Source: a virus
Reading direction: 5' to 3' (one strand)
IMG/VR virus record: IMGVR_UViG_3300040801_000905
Coordinates: 1 to 64,000 of that record
Length of the DNA stretch: 64,000 bases
Below the pieces are notes generated by a model. The model did no database searches and was not told the DNA's origin. It saw only the letters and a program-made list of their open reading frames with translations. Positions 54,901 through 62,660 of this stretch are shown piece after piece (the first letter of the stretch is position 1; every line of letters starts with the position of its first letter). The translations under genes were made by a program, and so were the position numbers.

Positions 54901-57900
54901 TATGGGAAAAGTTTGTAGGCTGGATGCGCGAATTTTTTAGGAGGTTTGGTCTTCTTAACGGTTACACCGAAAATGATTTCCGTACACTTATGGCAAAGGT
55001 CCACAACCACGTCATGAACGGGACAACCCCGCACGCGTGGGGAAAGAGACACAAATCAGGGGTTATGTACGCGGGTCAGGTGGCATACAGTTTATACGGG
55101 GGCAAAGATGGAATTTTGTTGTCGAAGCTAGAAGAGGCCATAAAGAAACTTGACCCTAAATCAAAGCCAAAAAATTACCTGATCAGAATAAAAGGCAGCA
55201 AGGAAGAAAATTGGATGACGTATGGTGCGCCATCTAATTTGCAAGCTGTACAAAGCCTAGGGTTTAGTGAGTCAGAGCTTCAAATGACTGGGGTTACTGA
55301 TTGGCTAAATGAGCAACATCGTGTTGCGCCAAACAAGTCAATTACCAGAGACCAAATACTGGAGGTTTTTAATAAGACCAAGCCAAAACTTAATGTTGTG
55401 TCTCGTACTGGACATTTCCTGTTTCCAACAATTCCTCTGGCAGAAGTTATAGAAGTTGTTCCAAAGGCCGCGAGAAGAGAATTTGACATAGCAAGCGCAC
55501 AAGAAAATCTTGGATATTTTTCGGATCGGCTTACTGAAGTGTTGAATGATCCTGAACAAAAAATACTGAAGGAGCTGTTTAATGCGGCTCCAGATGAGCA
55601 AGTCACCCCTTCTTTTTTATGGTACAGAGGCGCTGTAAATATGCCGTTTGGAGCTGGTGGTGTTCCTAGTTTAGATGAGTTTAAACAGCGTGGAATATCA
55701 ACAGAAGAAATATCTCAAGCGGTTGGATTGCGTAATTTAAACGCGCCCTTAACGAGAGAAAACTCAACGGCAGAAATGCGCGGGATTGTTGCTGATAGAT
55801 TAGTGCAGAGAGCACAAAACAAGGGAGATGAATATATAAGTTATATGTTTAAAGCTATCGTCACATCTCCATATTTTCCTATGAGGGGAGACGTAAAAAT
55901 AAGTGTGGCAATGGATGATGATGGTCTTCCTGTTGCTGCTTACAGAACCTCATCAAGTATGCAAGAAGCTTTTTTAAAGCCGTTTAATGAAGCAATTGAC
56001 AAATATCGGCGTATGAAAAAAGCGGATCAAGAACAATATGAGCAGGCTACTCAAAGAGCTTTAGAAACACAAAGTAATGAACCACCCCTGACTATGCGAG
56101 GCGTGTATCAGCAAGCACCGATTCCTTCAATGGGTGAGTATTTTACTCAGGTGTTGCAAAACATGATTCAGGAAGAGGTAAATGATCGGTTAAGCAACAA
56201 TGAATGGGAAACGATGACGCCAGAAGCTCTATTCCCTAATTTCCCAGCACTAGGGGAAAAAATAATGATTGGGGTTCGTGGTGCAGTATCAGCTACGAAT
56301 AAACCAGTTTTCATTGAACGCTCCGAAGGTTCGGCAAAATCTGCTTCAGACTATGCGCAATACACATTACAAGGCGGGCAGGCTTTAGACGTTATATCTT
56401 TGCAAATGTACGGACGTAACCAAAACACAGGTTATGCACACTACGACAGAGAAGATGTTGTTCATGCCCGTGTAAAAACCCGTGTTGGGCCTAATGGTGA
56501 AAAAATACTTGGCATTGAAGAAGTCCAATCTGACTGGGCAAGCAATTACCGAAAAGCTCACGTAGAAAGAGCAGAATATTACAAGTGGGCAGATAAACAC
56601 GCAGCAACAGTGGTTCGTGCTGCTGTTAAATTGTATCAATCACACGGAATTTACTCTCATGACATGACACCTGAAACAGTCCAGTCATGGAGGAACTGGG
56701 TTGAGAGTGAAAGCCCAGCAGCCGTACAGATACGCGCTCGTATGGCAGCGGACAGAATATCATTATCTTCTCTTCTTGATACAGGGATAGGCTCATTTGC
56801 TGCTATTGAAGCGTTAAGTCAAGTTGATAAAACACTGGCCAGCGAATTAAAAACGGCTGCGCTGGAACTCAAAGGATTAAAGAAAAGTTTTGAATATATG
56901 CCATGGGTTGGCAACTACATGGACTTGATGTTGTCTGCGCTTGTGGGGTATGCGAGGCAAACAGGCTTTGATGTTGTAGCGTGGCCTGAAGGTAGTCACG
57001 TGGCGCGAATATATGGAAGCTATATGGGCGAAGAGGTAAACGGTCTTCGTATCAATCCACAACAAATGGTTGTATACGGTTCAATGACTGGCCCTAATGA
57101 ACCGTCCAACAATACCGCATGGACAGAGATTGCTGGAACGCTTCGCACAGGACAACATCGTGTTTACACGGCAGATTATTTGGGTGAAGTTATTGATGAA
57201 GGTGGGGTAAATGCAGAGGTAGCTAAGGCAGCTGTAGAGGCTCTTCAGGCATGGATAGATAACCCAGATTATCGAAACAACCCTGTAACCAATCAAGAAG
57301 ACCAAACAAAAACATGGAAGTATAAGGTTGAGACTGACATAGGCAATAGATATTTACGGGTTTCTGAGAATGGAGACCTGTTAATTATGTTGCCAGAAGA
57401 GCGTCTATGGAATGCCCGACTGCATAAGCTGTTGTACAACAGGCTTTTGCCTCAAGCAGCACGGGCTATTGCCAAAGATACCAAGGCAATGAAAAAGCGT
57501 GGTGAGGTATCGACTGGCCATGTTTATGTAGAAGACGCTTATAACGTACAGTGGCGCGGCAGAAGGCGGGATGAGAATGTTGATGACTGGGCAAACCCAA
57601 ATGACCACCAAGATGTAGAAATGGAAGGACGCCCGACCCAGTATCCAGAACAACTAGAAGTTCTTATGTATGGCAGAGACGGTGGTTCATACAGAAGAAG
57701 CCTGCGCGACTGGATTGCAAACACTCCAACACGTCAAATACAAAGGTATTCCCAATCTGATGAAGCTGTTCTTATAAACGAGCAGATAGTAAGGGATATG
57801 GGGCAACATACCGTTGAGCTTAAATTAGATGGAATCATTCACACTCATGGAGCTGATTACGATGACATTAATCCTATGGTTGGTATGTTTGACTTCAGTG

Positions 57901-60900
57901 TTGTTGGGCGGGATGGAAACCATTCCGTTTTAATTCCTGTTGGCGACTATAACAACAGTCCAGTTGGGGCAAGATACACTGACTACACACAATACAATGA
58001 TAGTGCCCGTGCGCCCATGCTTTACCGTATGGGTTATCAAATAATGAAATACGTTTGGGGAATTGAAAATCCAAATCCCTTAATCATTTCGCCCAACACA
58101 TGGCGAAGACTAATGGAGCAATTTCGTATTGGTTTGGCAGACTTTGAAGATCATGGCTTTGAAGTGAATGAAAATTGGGTTCAGTTCGGTGAAGAAGTTA
58201 TGAAAAACAACTGGGAGGAATCCAAAGACAATTTTGAAGTAGAGGCAGAAGAAAGATTTAGTCAGATGGAGCCTGAAGAATATGACCCTGTATATTGGGG
58301 TTTTGACTACGACATATATACATCACTTGATGATGGCTTAGAAGATGACGCGCCAGATTTTGAACGTAGATTCAGCCATGAATTTGAATTTGGACTAAGC
58401 CAAGAAACAATTGATTTATTAAAAGAGCACGGCACTTTAAAAGATAAAGGCGCGGCTGCGGTGTTGCTTTCTATTATGTCTGAATCACCGCTGGCCATGG
58501 AACACGCGGACTATCAAGCTGTTGCTGATTTGTGGAATGAACTTGATACACCGCCAAGAGAAATCGCTGAAAAAATACCGCCCGCATACATAGAAAGATA
58601 TGGGGCAGTTGAGCTGGAGGAGAGACAACAAGAGCAAGAGCTTATTCCGTATGGCATCGACAACCCTCAGCGTTCAGAACAGGTTTGGCACGCCATATTT
58701 ATTAATGACAGGGTAAAGGAGCGTGATATTTTCGTACCGTTTTCATTGAGAAATGACGGTAATGAAAAGGCGCGGTCTATTGTTAACCAAAAAATAGCAA
58801 AATCACACAGCCAAATGACAGTGCTGGATCGTGTTACGCATTGGACCCACGTTGTTCATGACAAAATAAAAACAGGTGATCTGATGTGGGGAATGAAGCA
58901 GGGGCTGCTTGATTCTGCCGCAAGTGTTGAACGATGGGAGCGTGAAATATTTGGTGAAGTTCAGGATGCTGCGGTATCTCCATACAAGATGATGCATATG
59001 ACAAAAAATCTTGCATCAGTTATGGCCGCAATATCCAAGGCAGGCATACCGGAAATGCGTGATGGTGTGTTTCAGCCCGTTGATGGAAGAAAGGGTTTTA
59101 TTGAAATCTTTCGCCCTGTTTATGAGCACCCAGATGGTGACTTACAAGAACTGTGGGAAGGCTATGCAGCTGCACGCCGTTCTGATGAATTGCTAGAGCA
59201 GACCAATCCTGACGGAACTGATAGAGAAAAACTATTCAGTCGTGAAGAGGTTGATGAACTGTTGCAGTTGGGTGAAAAATATCCTGTTTTCAAAACGGTG
59301 TTTGATGAGTGGACTGAGTTCAATAATCAGCTGCTAGACCTTGCTGTTAGTGAAGGTGTATTAAGTGCAGTAGAGCGAGACGCTTGGGCTAAGAACGCAT
59401 ACGTCCCCTTCTATCGTGCCATGGAAGAAATAGAAGGCGTTGATCAACGCACTGGTATGGGCCGCACCAAGGCTGGTGTGGCAGGACAGCACCCGCTTAT
59501 TAAACGGTTGCGTGGTAGTAAGCAAAAGCTTGGAAACATCACAGAAAATCTTTGGTTCAACACTGCTAGCTTGATTGACAAGGTTTACAAGAACCATGCA
59601 ATGAATCGTGTTGTTGATATGTTGGATGGTGTGGCGATGAAAGAAATCGACATGCCATGGGAGGCCATCAGAGTAAGTAACAGTCAAATTGCACAAGCAC
59701 TAAAAAGCGCAGGCATTCTTACTGGAGATGCTGAAGCACAAGTACGCGCAATGTCAGCAGAACAGAAGATGACGTGGAATACCATTTTCCGCAGGGTGCG
59801 GCCAACTGCTGATAATGTTGTTGGTGTAATGCGTGAAGGAAAGATGCGTTATTACGAAGTTCAAGATGAACACTTGCTTGTAACCCTAACTGGCATGGGG
59901 GCTGAAAGCATGGTCGGCTTGATGAAGGCTATGGGAATGTCCAAGTCTTTGTTGACGCGCATGATTACCATTGATCCCGGCTTTATGCTTGCCAACTGGT
60001 TACGTGACACGCTGTCTGCGTGGGTTACATCTGACGCCAACTTTATTCCAGTTAAAGATTCTATTGCTGCTATGGGCAGTGTCTTTAAAGAAGACGGTAG
60101 CTTCGTAAAGATGATGATGTCTGGTGCAGGTGGTGGTGGTTTTTACGATCTGACGGGAGGTAACGTAACAAAGGTTCTTGATGAAGAGTTGAGCAAGGGA
60201 GCGCATCGTTGGCTAGGAAAGGCGTGGAAGGGGTATATGAAAATTGGTGCTGCGTCAGAAAACTCCAATCGTCTGGCCATTGCAAATCAAATCCTAAAGA
60301 AAGGTGGCAGTGCTGCGGAAGCCATGTATCAGGCACAAGACATCATGAACTTCACCATGTCTGGTGACTATGCCGCAATACGATTCCTGATTCGTACTGT
60401 CCCATTTTTGAACGCACGGATGCAGGGCTTGTACCGCCTTTACCGCGGTGCTCGTGACAACCCTGTTGGTTTTACCATTAAAGGCGCGGCCCTAATGTCA
60501 GCGTCATTGGCATTGCTGGCTAAGAATTGGGACGATGATGATTATGAGGAAACCGATGAATGGCTGAAAGATCGTGACTGGAGCTTTTATGTAAATGGAA
60601 TGCACTACACCATACCAAAACCGTTTGAGGTTGGGTTGTTGTTTGGCACTCTTCCAGAACGGCTGGTGCGTGCGCTGCTTGGGCGAGATGATTTGGATGT
60701 AAGCAAGGATGCGCTAATGCGCGGCATCGGAGAAACGCTTGCTTTCAATCCTATCCCGCAGCTTATTAAACCAATGTATGAGTTGGGCGCAAACAAGAAC
60801 CTGTTCACAGGAAAAAAGATTGTTAATCTCTCTATGAGCGGTTTGGAATATCCCTATCAAGCCACTCCATGGACCTCCCCTGTAGCCAAACATATTGGTC

Positions 60901-61496
60901 AGGCAGTGCCTGAAGCTTTAGGGCCAGCGCAAAGTCCACTGCGAATCCAACACACCATACGTGCATACACTGGAACGGTTGGTCTGTACACGCTTAATTC
61001 AGTTGACTGGCTGGTGCGTAAAATGGATGGGGACTTGCCCCCACAACCTACGCGCAAGTGGTGGGAAAGACCCGTGATTAATAGAATCGTAAAGGGTCCA
61101 ACAGAAACTACGCGATATAACAAATATGAAGATAAGCTGTATGATTTGATTGATCAATCAAATAAAGCGCAGCGGACGTTTAACATGCTGGCTAAACAAC
61201 AGCGTATTGAAGAAGCCAAAAAAATTGCGGCCAAGCGTAAGCATTTGATTAACCCAGACATCAACGCAGAAACTGGTCAGCCGCGGAACCGTGATGCGGT
61301 TACTCCGCGTACAGAGTTGATGAAGGTGCAAAAAGCTTTACGTGATATCAATGAGGCTCAACGTGCCATCATGAATCACAAGACTATGAGCAGTGATAAG
61401 AAGCGGGCTATGTTGGACAAGCTTACGGCACGCAAGAACAAAATCTTGTCCAATTCAAGTAACCTTATCGAAAAAATCAATCAAATGAAGCCGTAA
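48978..61496 (+). CDS. giant (4172 aa) mosaic virion/ejection protein with an ART-like domain ('polyvalent protein' type)
   Basis: A single uninterrupted ORF. The position is equivalent to T7 gp16. The N-terminus has a Gly-zipper hydrophobic region. Other features: 'WFGKSKTTDYWGEPIRFFHGT...SLT...MMEGG..NIGVFDPRNIKSAVGNVGTF', two copies of an 'EE(I/V)QSD...G(Y/F)D.V.W..G' module, and an approximately 900-aa C-terminal domain ('AYVPFYR', 'ENSNRLA', 'VPFLNARMQG'). Confidence 0.85.
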   Translation: MSKVNWDDYSSIGKPEDEVEVSSATATPEATDSVGINWEDYADIGNSVGLPIEATPEAEVTQPEQPPVEDEYGVGDFASDTGSAFGLGAGALAKGAGKLFDWVGMDDAGEALKSIGQSAVEYYYKGLSDEAKAEMDKEFVTVKEGGKWYNPLDWQRPEDAAGIFAAYLMGVESLPATVVGMGVGGKIGQGLYSVASRTGTMKALQVVADKGARAAASGASATNKLVRAGKRAEKIQKLAGGAAGATGYGIGEALPAAGMAGVQVEEQIMAMDHDDLYKNSSHYREYFDATSGLDMSMDERINDAKQNIADIASSEAGLEAGIWTGILGAPMGVASAPLFNKAVPWAFKGGKVRGALTEGAGEAMQEFAQSGTEQYVSNVAIKEYADETLDVTRDVVNAAVGGAVSGFGMGAAFGAAGTPSKGENQDGVQPDPKLLADAEKMNVFAQRAVAGLVETHGRSLEEAMELVQPVIDQWAQSQKILPAITDLRFIEKYGKERQVGVEEEVVDAPEERTEEGGQETERAAQEPSREGGSTEEPATEEPTAEEPAAEEPVAEEPVAEERAEAPDVGVARSVVETAKEEFKKADEAWQDNLTPENEQKMLEASAARYEAEAELDRAETIRRTTNPPDVIDLKTNEWVTPKAGTVDEGEAKYQERVNKMGDNHPSARAARIRKSLKDQPPVSRETSGETTTEDAGIDKENIESQPPANDARYSLRQRLNEYEKRTESNVTKFVRRGKKELTKEDAQGWANEAVRLVNDWYKNPIPEEAWELDEKGMPTKMVSLPEEAAPAYAELFITNEKVTKEQIQQWAKNRTFKKGSTLEIGRQLAKAAAKNDMQAVADIIQNLPIQEKKSQIKDFNAEFLRALAIKADAPSEVIRSKPETIEYLLRYKAGSQLPLFSLKEGEAGPWVTASNGEGDLYITRHGARAGTPHKTRQSSNDLVLRIDEAQLNKDYTYYLLQYLQKKIASRARGTAQQAIRAGDVDSVLTEYFASQSPRYSIKELARRVKASERMVEYNKERAEKNGHLVKTLMRTDWSAVEAAVDAATAGAVSANEVQDAIIEWMMYGTNSKYFKRWFGKSKTTDYWGEPIRFFHGTGFDITEFSPSRGFVSLTTDPDFASKFADEFRLEANRPTVYPLYVAAEKIFDYRNRKMRRSLVRYLKGINAKDYGSLIQEVKAGKWTALESAPVQKFLTERSYDAFWMMEGGSMNIGVFDPRNIKSAVGNVGTFSRQTTHLSYALKAPGTDDVFYSTIERWVAEKMPPRMPKADFAAAFTTPKALEKKGVKKEEVADMGVMEWVKSLEGDIVTKEQALEFARKARVELREIEIRPDALAIDRSTFDEASAVQQIENIYQFARDLLIDTQADPLVIDSVIDRLKEEGVRALDDVLPASQVAKISKKLDQARLDLWQAEYFAAQQNSNKDRIKVGDTTYEDWTLIKGARPTYREFLMMIPSSEQRPEYKTRHWKDTNVLIHMRLHGQYDSDTGKTTLIIEEIQSDLHQHGYRYGYTPSDLSQQDYDEINEATGKVPKAPLQEAWKMVGLKRMIRYAVENGYDSVSWTTGQHHQERYTLKGSGVERVELETREAGDHTQYRVALFGATDQLYAPQPWVRKHRLGDFITEELIDKLFAKIESGGAAELSGEELWWDAKGMKWFYDSALKKQAAKYIKKWGSKVELRPVAIVNAANDQVTENLWTFDITEQMRESVMQGQPMYSLAPNVAAEISRRIEMAQLRAYIDKHIHADTKPRAALARLNEGVVQGLYSEEILRHSGAVMHVKDRVKMLMEVSERMLGTPITTRTSLSKRVVEQEINRIKREWENPPQVYVWDDWTGLPHHIKMHVASRGYQDRVEGVVDPQDGSVHIVAENIGTMSRLHEVFVEETLGHHGLRSFFGESLIPFLDEVIPVMRDSEGWVRLHTEYEHLQPANKEQRVKQLMSAYGFTKQEAETEFAVEERTKEWVTAEELLAKMDVEQGIWEKFVGWMREFFRRFGLLNGYTENDFRTLMAKVHNHVMNGTTPHAWGKRHKSGVMYAGQVAYSLYGGKDGILLSKLEEAIKKLDPKSKPKNYLIRIKGSKEENWMTYGAPSNLQAVQSLGFSESELQMTGVTDWLNEQHRVAPNKSITRDQILEVFNKTKPKLNVVSRTGHFLFPTIPLAEVIEVVPKAARREFDIASAQENLGYFSDRLTEVLNDPEQKILKELFNAAPDEQVTPSFLWYRGAVNMPFGAGGVPSLDEFKQRGISTEEISQAVGLRNLNAPLTRENSTAEMRGIVADRLVQRAQNKGDEYISYMFKAIVTSPYFPMRGDVKISVAMDDDGLPVAAYRTSSSMQEAFLKPFNEAIDKYRRMKKADQEQYEQATQRALETQSNEPPLTMRGVYQQAPIPSMGEYFTQVLQNMIQEEVNDRLSNNEWETMTPEALFPNFPALGEKIMIGVRGAVSATNKPVFIERSEGSAKSASDYAQYTLQGGQALDVISLQMYGRNQNTGYAHYDREDVVHARVKTRVGPNGEKILGIEEVQSDWASNYRKAHVERAEYYKWADKHAATVVRAAVKLYQSHGIYSHDMTPETVQSWRNWVESESPAAVQIRARMAADRISLSSLLDTGIGSFAAIEALSQVDKTLASELKTAALELKGLKKSFEYMPWVGNYMDLMLSALVGYARQTGFDVVAWPEGSHVARIYGSYMGEEVNGLRINPQQMVVYGSMTGPNEPSNNTAWTEIAGTLRTGQHRVYTADYLGEVIDEGGVNAEVAKAAVEALQAWIDNPDYRNNPVTNQEDQTKTWKYKVETDIGNRYLRVSENGDLLIMLPEERLWNARLHKLLYNRLLPQAARAIAKDTKAMKKRGEVSTGHVYVEDAYNVQWRGRRRDENVDDWANPNDHQDVEMEGRPTQYPEQLEVLMYGRDGGSYRRSLRDWIANTPTRQIQRYSQSDEAVLINEQIVRDMGQHTVELKLDGIIHTHGADYDDINPMVGMFDFSVVGRDGNHSVLIPVGDYNNSPVGARYTDYTQYNDSARAPMLYRMGYQIMKYVWGIENPNPLIISPNTWRRLMEQFRIGLADFEDHGFEVNENWVQFGEEVMKNNWEESKDNFEVEAEERFSQMEPEEYDPVYWGFDYDIYTSLDDGLEDDAPDFERRFSHEFEFGLSQETIDLLKEHGTLKDKGAAAVLLSIMSESPLAMEHADYQAVADLWNELDTPPREIAEKIPPAYIERYGAVELEERQQEQELIPYGIDNPQRSEQVWHAIFINDRVKERDIFVPFSLRNDGNEKARSIVNQKIAKSHSQMTVLDRVTHWTHVVHDKIKTGDLMWGMKQGLLDSAASVERWEREIFGEVQDAAVSPYKMMHMTKNLASVMAAISKAGIPEMRDGVFQPVDGRKGFIEIFRPVYEHPDGDLQELWEGYAAARRSDELLEQTNPDGTDREKLFSREEVDELLQLGEKYPVFKTVFDEWTEFNNQLLDLAVSEGVLSAVERDAWAKNAYVPFYRAMEEIEGVDQRTGMGRTKAGVAGQHPLIKRLRGSKQKLGNITENLWFNTASLIDKVYKNHAMNRVVDMLDGVAMKEIDMPWEAIRVSNSQIAQALKSAGILTGDAEAQVRAMSAEQKMTWNTIFRRVRPTADNVVGVMREGKMRYYEVQDEHLLVTLTGMGAESMVGLMKAMGMSKSLLTRMITIDPGFMLANWLRDTLSAWVTSDANFIPVKDSIAAMGSVFKEDGSFVKMMMSGAGGGGFYDLTGGNVTKVLDEELSKGAHRWLGKAWKGYMKIGAASENSNRLAIANQILKKGGSAAEAMYQAQDIMNFTMSGDYAAIRFLIRTVPFLNARMQGLYRLYRGARDNPVGFTIKGAALMSASLALLAKNWDDDDYEETDEWLKDRDWSFYVNGMHYTIPKPFEVGLLFGTLPERLVRALLGRDDLDVSKDALMRGIGETLAFNPIPQLIKPMYELGANKNLFTGKKIVNLSMSGLEYPYQATPWTSPVAKHIGQAVPEALGPAQSPLRIQHTIRAYTGTVGLYTLNSVDWLVRKMDGDLPPQPTRKWWERPVINRIVKGPTETTRYNKYEDKLYDLIDQSNKAQRTFNMLAKQQRIEEAKKIAAKRKHLINPDINAETGQPRNRDAVTPRTELMKVQKALRDINEAQRAIMNHKTMSSDKKRAMLDKLTARKNKILSNSSNLIEKINQMKP
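50580..50660 (+). repeat. 5 x 15-nt in-frame tandem repeat (EEP[AT/TA/AA/VA/VA])
   Basis: gaagaacctgccacc / gaagaacctaccgca / gaagagcctgccgca / gaagaacctgttgca / gaagagcctgttgca. Confidence 0.9.
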
Positions 61497-61504
61497 GGCT
61501 GCGC

Positions 61505-61543
61505 CCCCTGCCACGCCATGAGTAAGCGGGACCGTGGCAGGGG
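61505..61543. terminator. 11-bp hairpin between convergent operons
   Basis: CCCCTGCCACG (61505-15) pairs with CGTGGCAGGGG (61533-43) over a 17-nt loop. No clear U-tract on either side. Confidence 0.45.
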
Positions 61544-61570
61544 ACGACTTTCAGAGGTAACTATCCCGCC

Positions 61571-62434
61571 TTATAGTTCATCGCGTTCAATGTCAGTGCG
61601 TTTGGCCCAATTTGGCCTTGTAATTGGCACAACGTGGTTTGTGTATCCAGCCCACTCATCGTTCATCATGCAGAAATTTATTGCTGCCATGGAAGAGGTG
61701 TAGCTGTCACGTCCTGCTTCAATGTCTTCATCGGTTAGCTCATAAAATGCCATAAGCCGCGGGTCTGCCTCAAACGTATTACGCTTGTCAGGCTTTTCCA
61801 TTACGCCAAAAACAAACCTCTGCACTGGCTTGCCACAAGCGCGAACGCCGTCTATGTAGAAAGCAGCTTGTATGTGGTATGAGAAGTTAGCAATAGCTTT
61901 GGAAAACCCATACGGGCTTGCGTCTATTGCTGTCTTCAAATCAAAAATAGTTCCTGATTCTTCGTCATACCAGTCAAGCTTGCATTTGCAGCGCATTGCA
62001 TAAACCGGATCATCCCACATAAATACAGGCTGTGGTACGCCGCGTTTCATGAGGTCAGCCATGACTGGGTTGTTGCGTACTGCCAAGGCTGTGGTTAAAG
62101 CTTCTTTGTGGGCGTCATTAGATACCAGTGCTACATGATTAGCTTTGGCGTGCTTAACCAAAGAAGCCCATTCTTCGCGTCCAGCTTTGGTGCGCTTATT
62201 GATGTCGGGAGCAATGATGAACTGCTTGTCGAACTCTTCTGGTTCAAAGATCAAGCAGTCCACCATGCTTCCCATTAGCAGAGCCGCTGTCGGCTCGGCA
62301 GGTGGCGAATCCAAATATGAGCGGAGGTGCCATGGTGTTTTGGCGTCAATAATTTTCAGCCATGTAGAGCTTACCGCGGTTCTATCCGCATGATATTCGG
62401 GGTTGGATACCCCTAATTGCATTCCAGTTTTCAT
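61571..62434 (-). CDS. RecE-like PD-(D/E)XK exonuclease (DUF3799-type)
   Basis: 'GTIFDLKTA' (D-x-K) and 'YHIQAAFYIDG' motifs. Paired with recT upstream. Confidence 0.7.
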   Translation of the reverse strand: MKTGMQLGVSNPEYHADRTAVSSTWLKIIDAKTPWHLRSYLDSPPAEPTAALLMGSMVDCLIFEPEEFDKQFIIAPDINKRTKAGREEWASLVKHAKANHVALVSNDAHKEALTTALAVRNNPVMADLMKRGVPQPVFMWDDPVYAMRCKCKLDWYDEESGTIFDLKTAIDASPYGFSKAIANFSYHIQAAFYIDGVRACGKPVQRFVFGVMEKPDKRNTFEADPRLMAFYELTDEDIEAGRDSYTSSMAAINFCMMNDEWAGYTNHVVPITRPNWAKRTDIERDEL

Positions 62435-62660
62435 GGTCTACTACCTCATTGATGATGTTGTCTTCAGAATCAGTGTCTGAATCGGTTGTGATCGCTCTTC
62501 CGTCAAGATGCCACTGGCGATAGATGTGCCCTTGCAGGATAAAACCTGAAGCAACAGTACCCCTCACCTCGTGGATGAAAGCTATACAGCCCCCCTCTGT
62601 GCAGTATTTTCTTCCTGCTTGGAGTCGGACTGTCCCAAGTGAGACGATCTTTCTTTCCAT
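62382..62660 (-). CDS. hypothetical overlapping ORF (doubtful)
   Basis: 92 aa. Overlaps the recT 3' end by 79 nt and the exonuclease 5' end by 53 nt. No good alternative start. Confidence 0.25.
   Translation of the reverse strand: MERKIVSLGTVRLQAGRKYCTEGGCIAFIHEVRGTVASGFILQGHIYRQWHLDGRAITTDSDTDSEDNIINEVVDHENWNAIRGIQPRISCG

Noticed and set aside
48978-61496. N4-like virion RNA polymerase as the identity of the giant protein
   Set aside because: I could not find single-subunit RNAP motifs (T/DxxGR, the motif A/C Asp pairs, or the RxxxKxxxxxxYG motif B). The recognisable pieces are ART-like and polyvalent-type modules instead.
61518-61703. 61-aa plus-strand ORF after the giant gene
   Set aside because: It starts inside the terminator hairpin and runs antisense into the exonuclease gene. 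No RBS.
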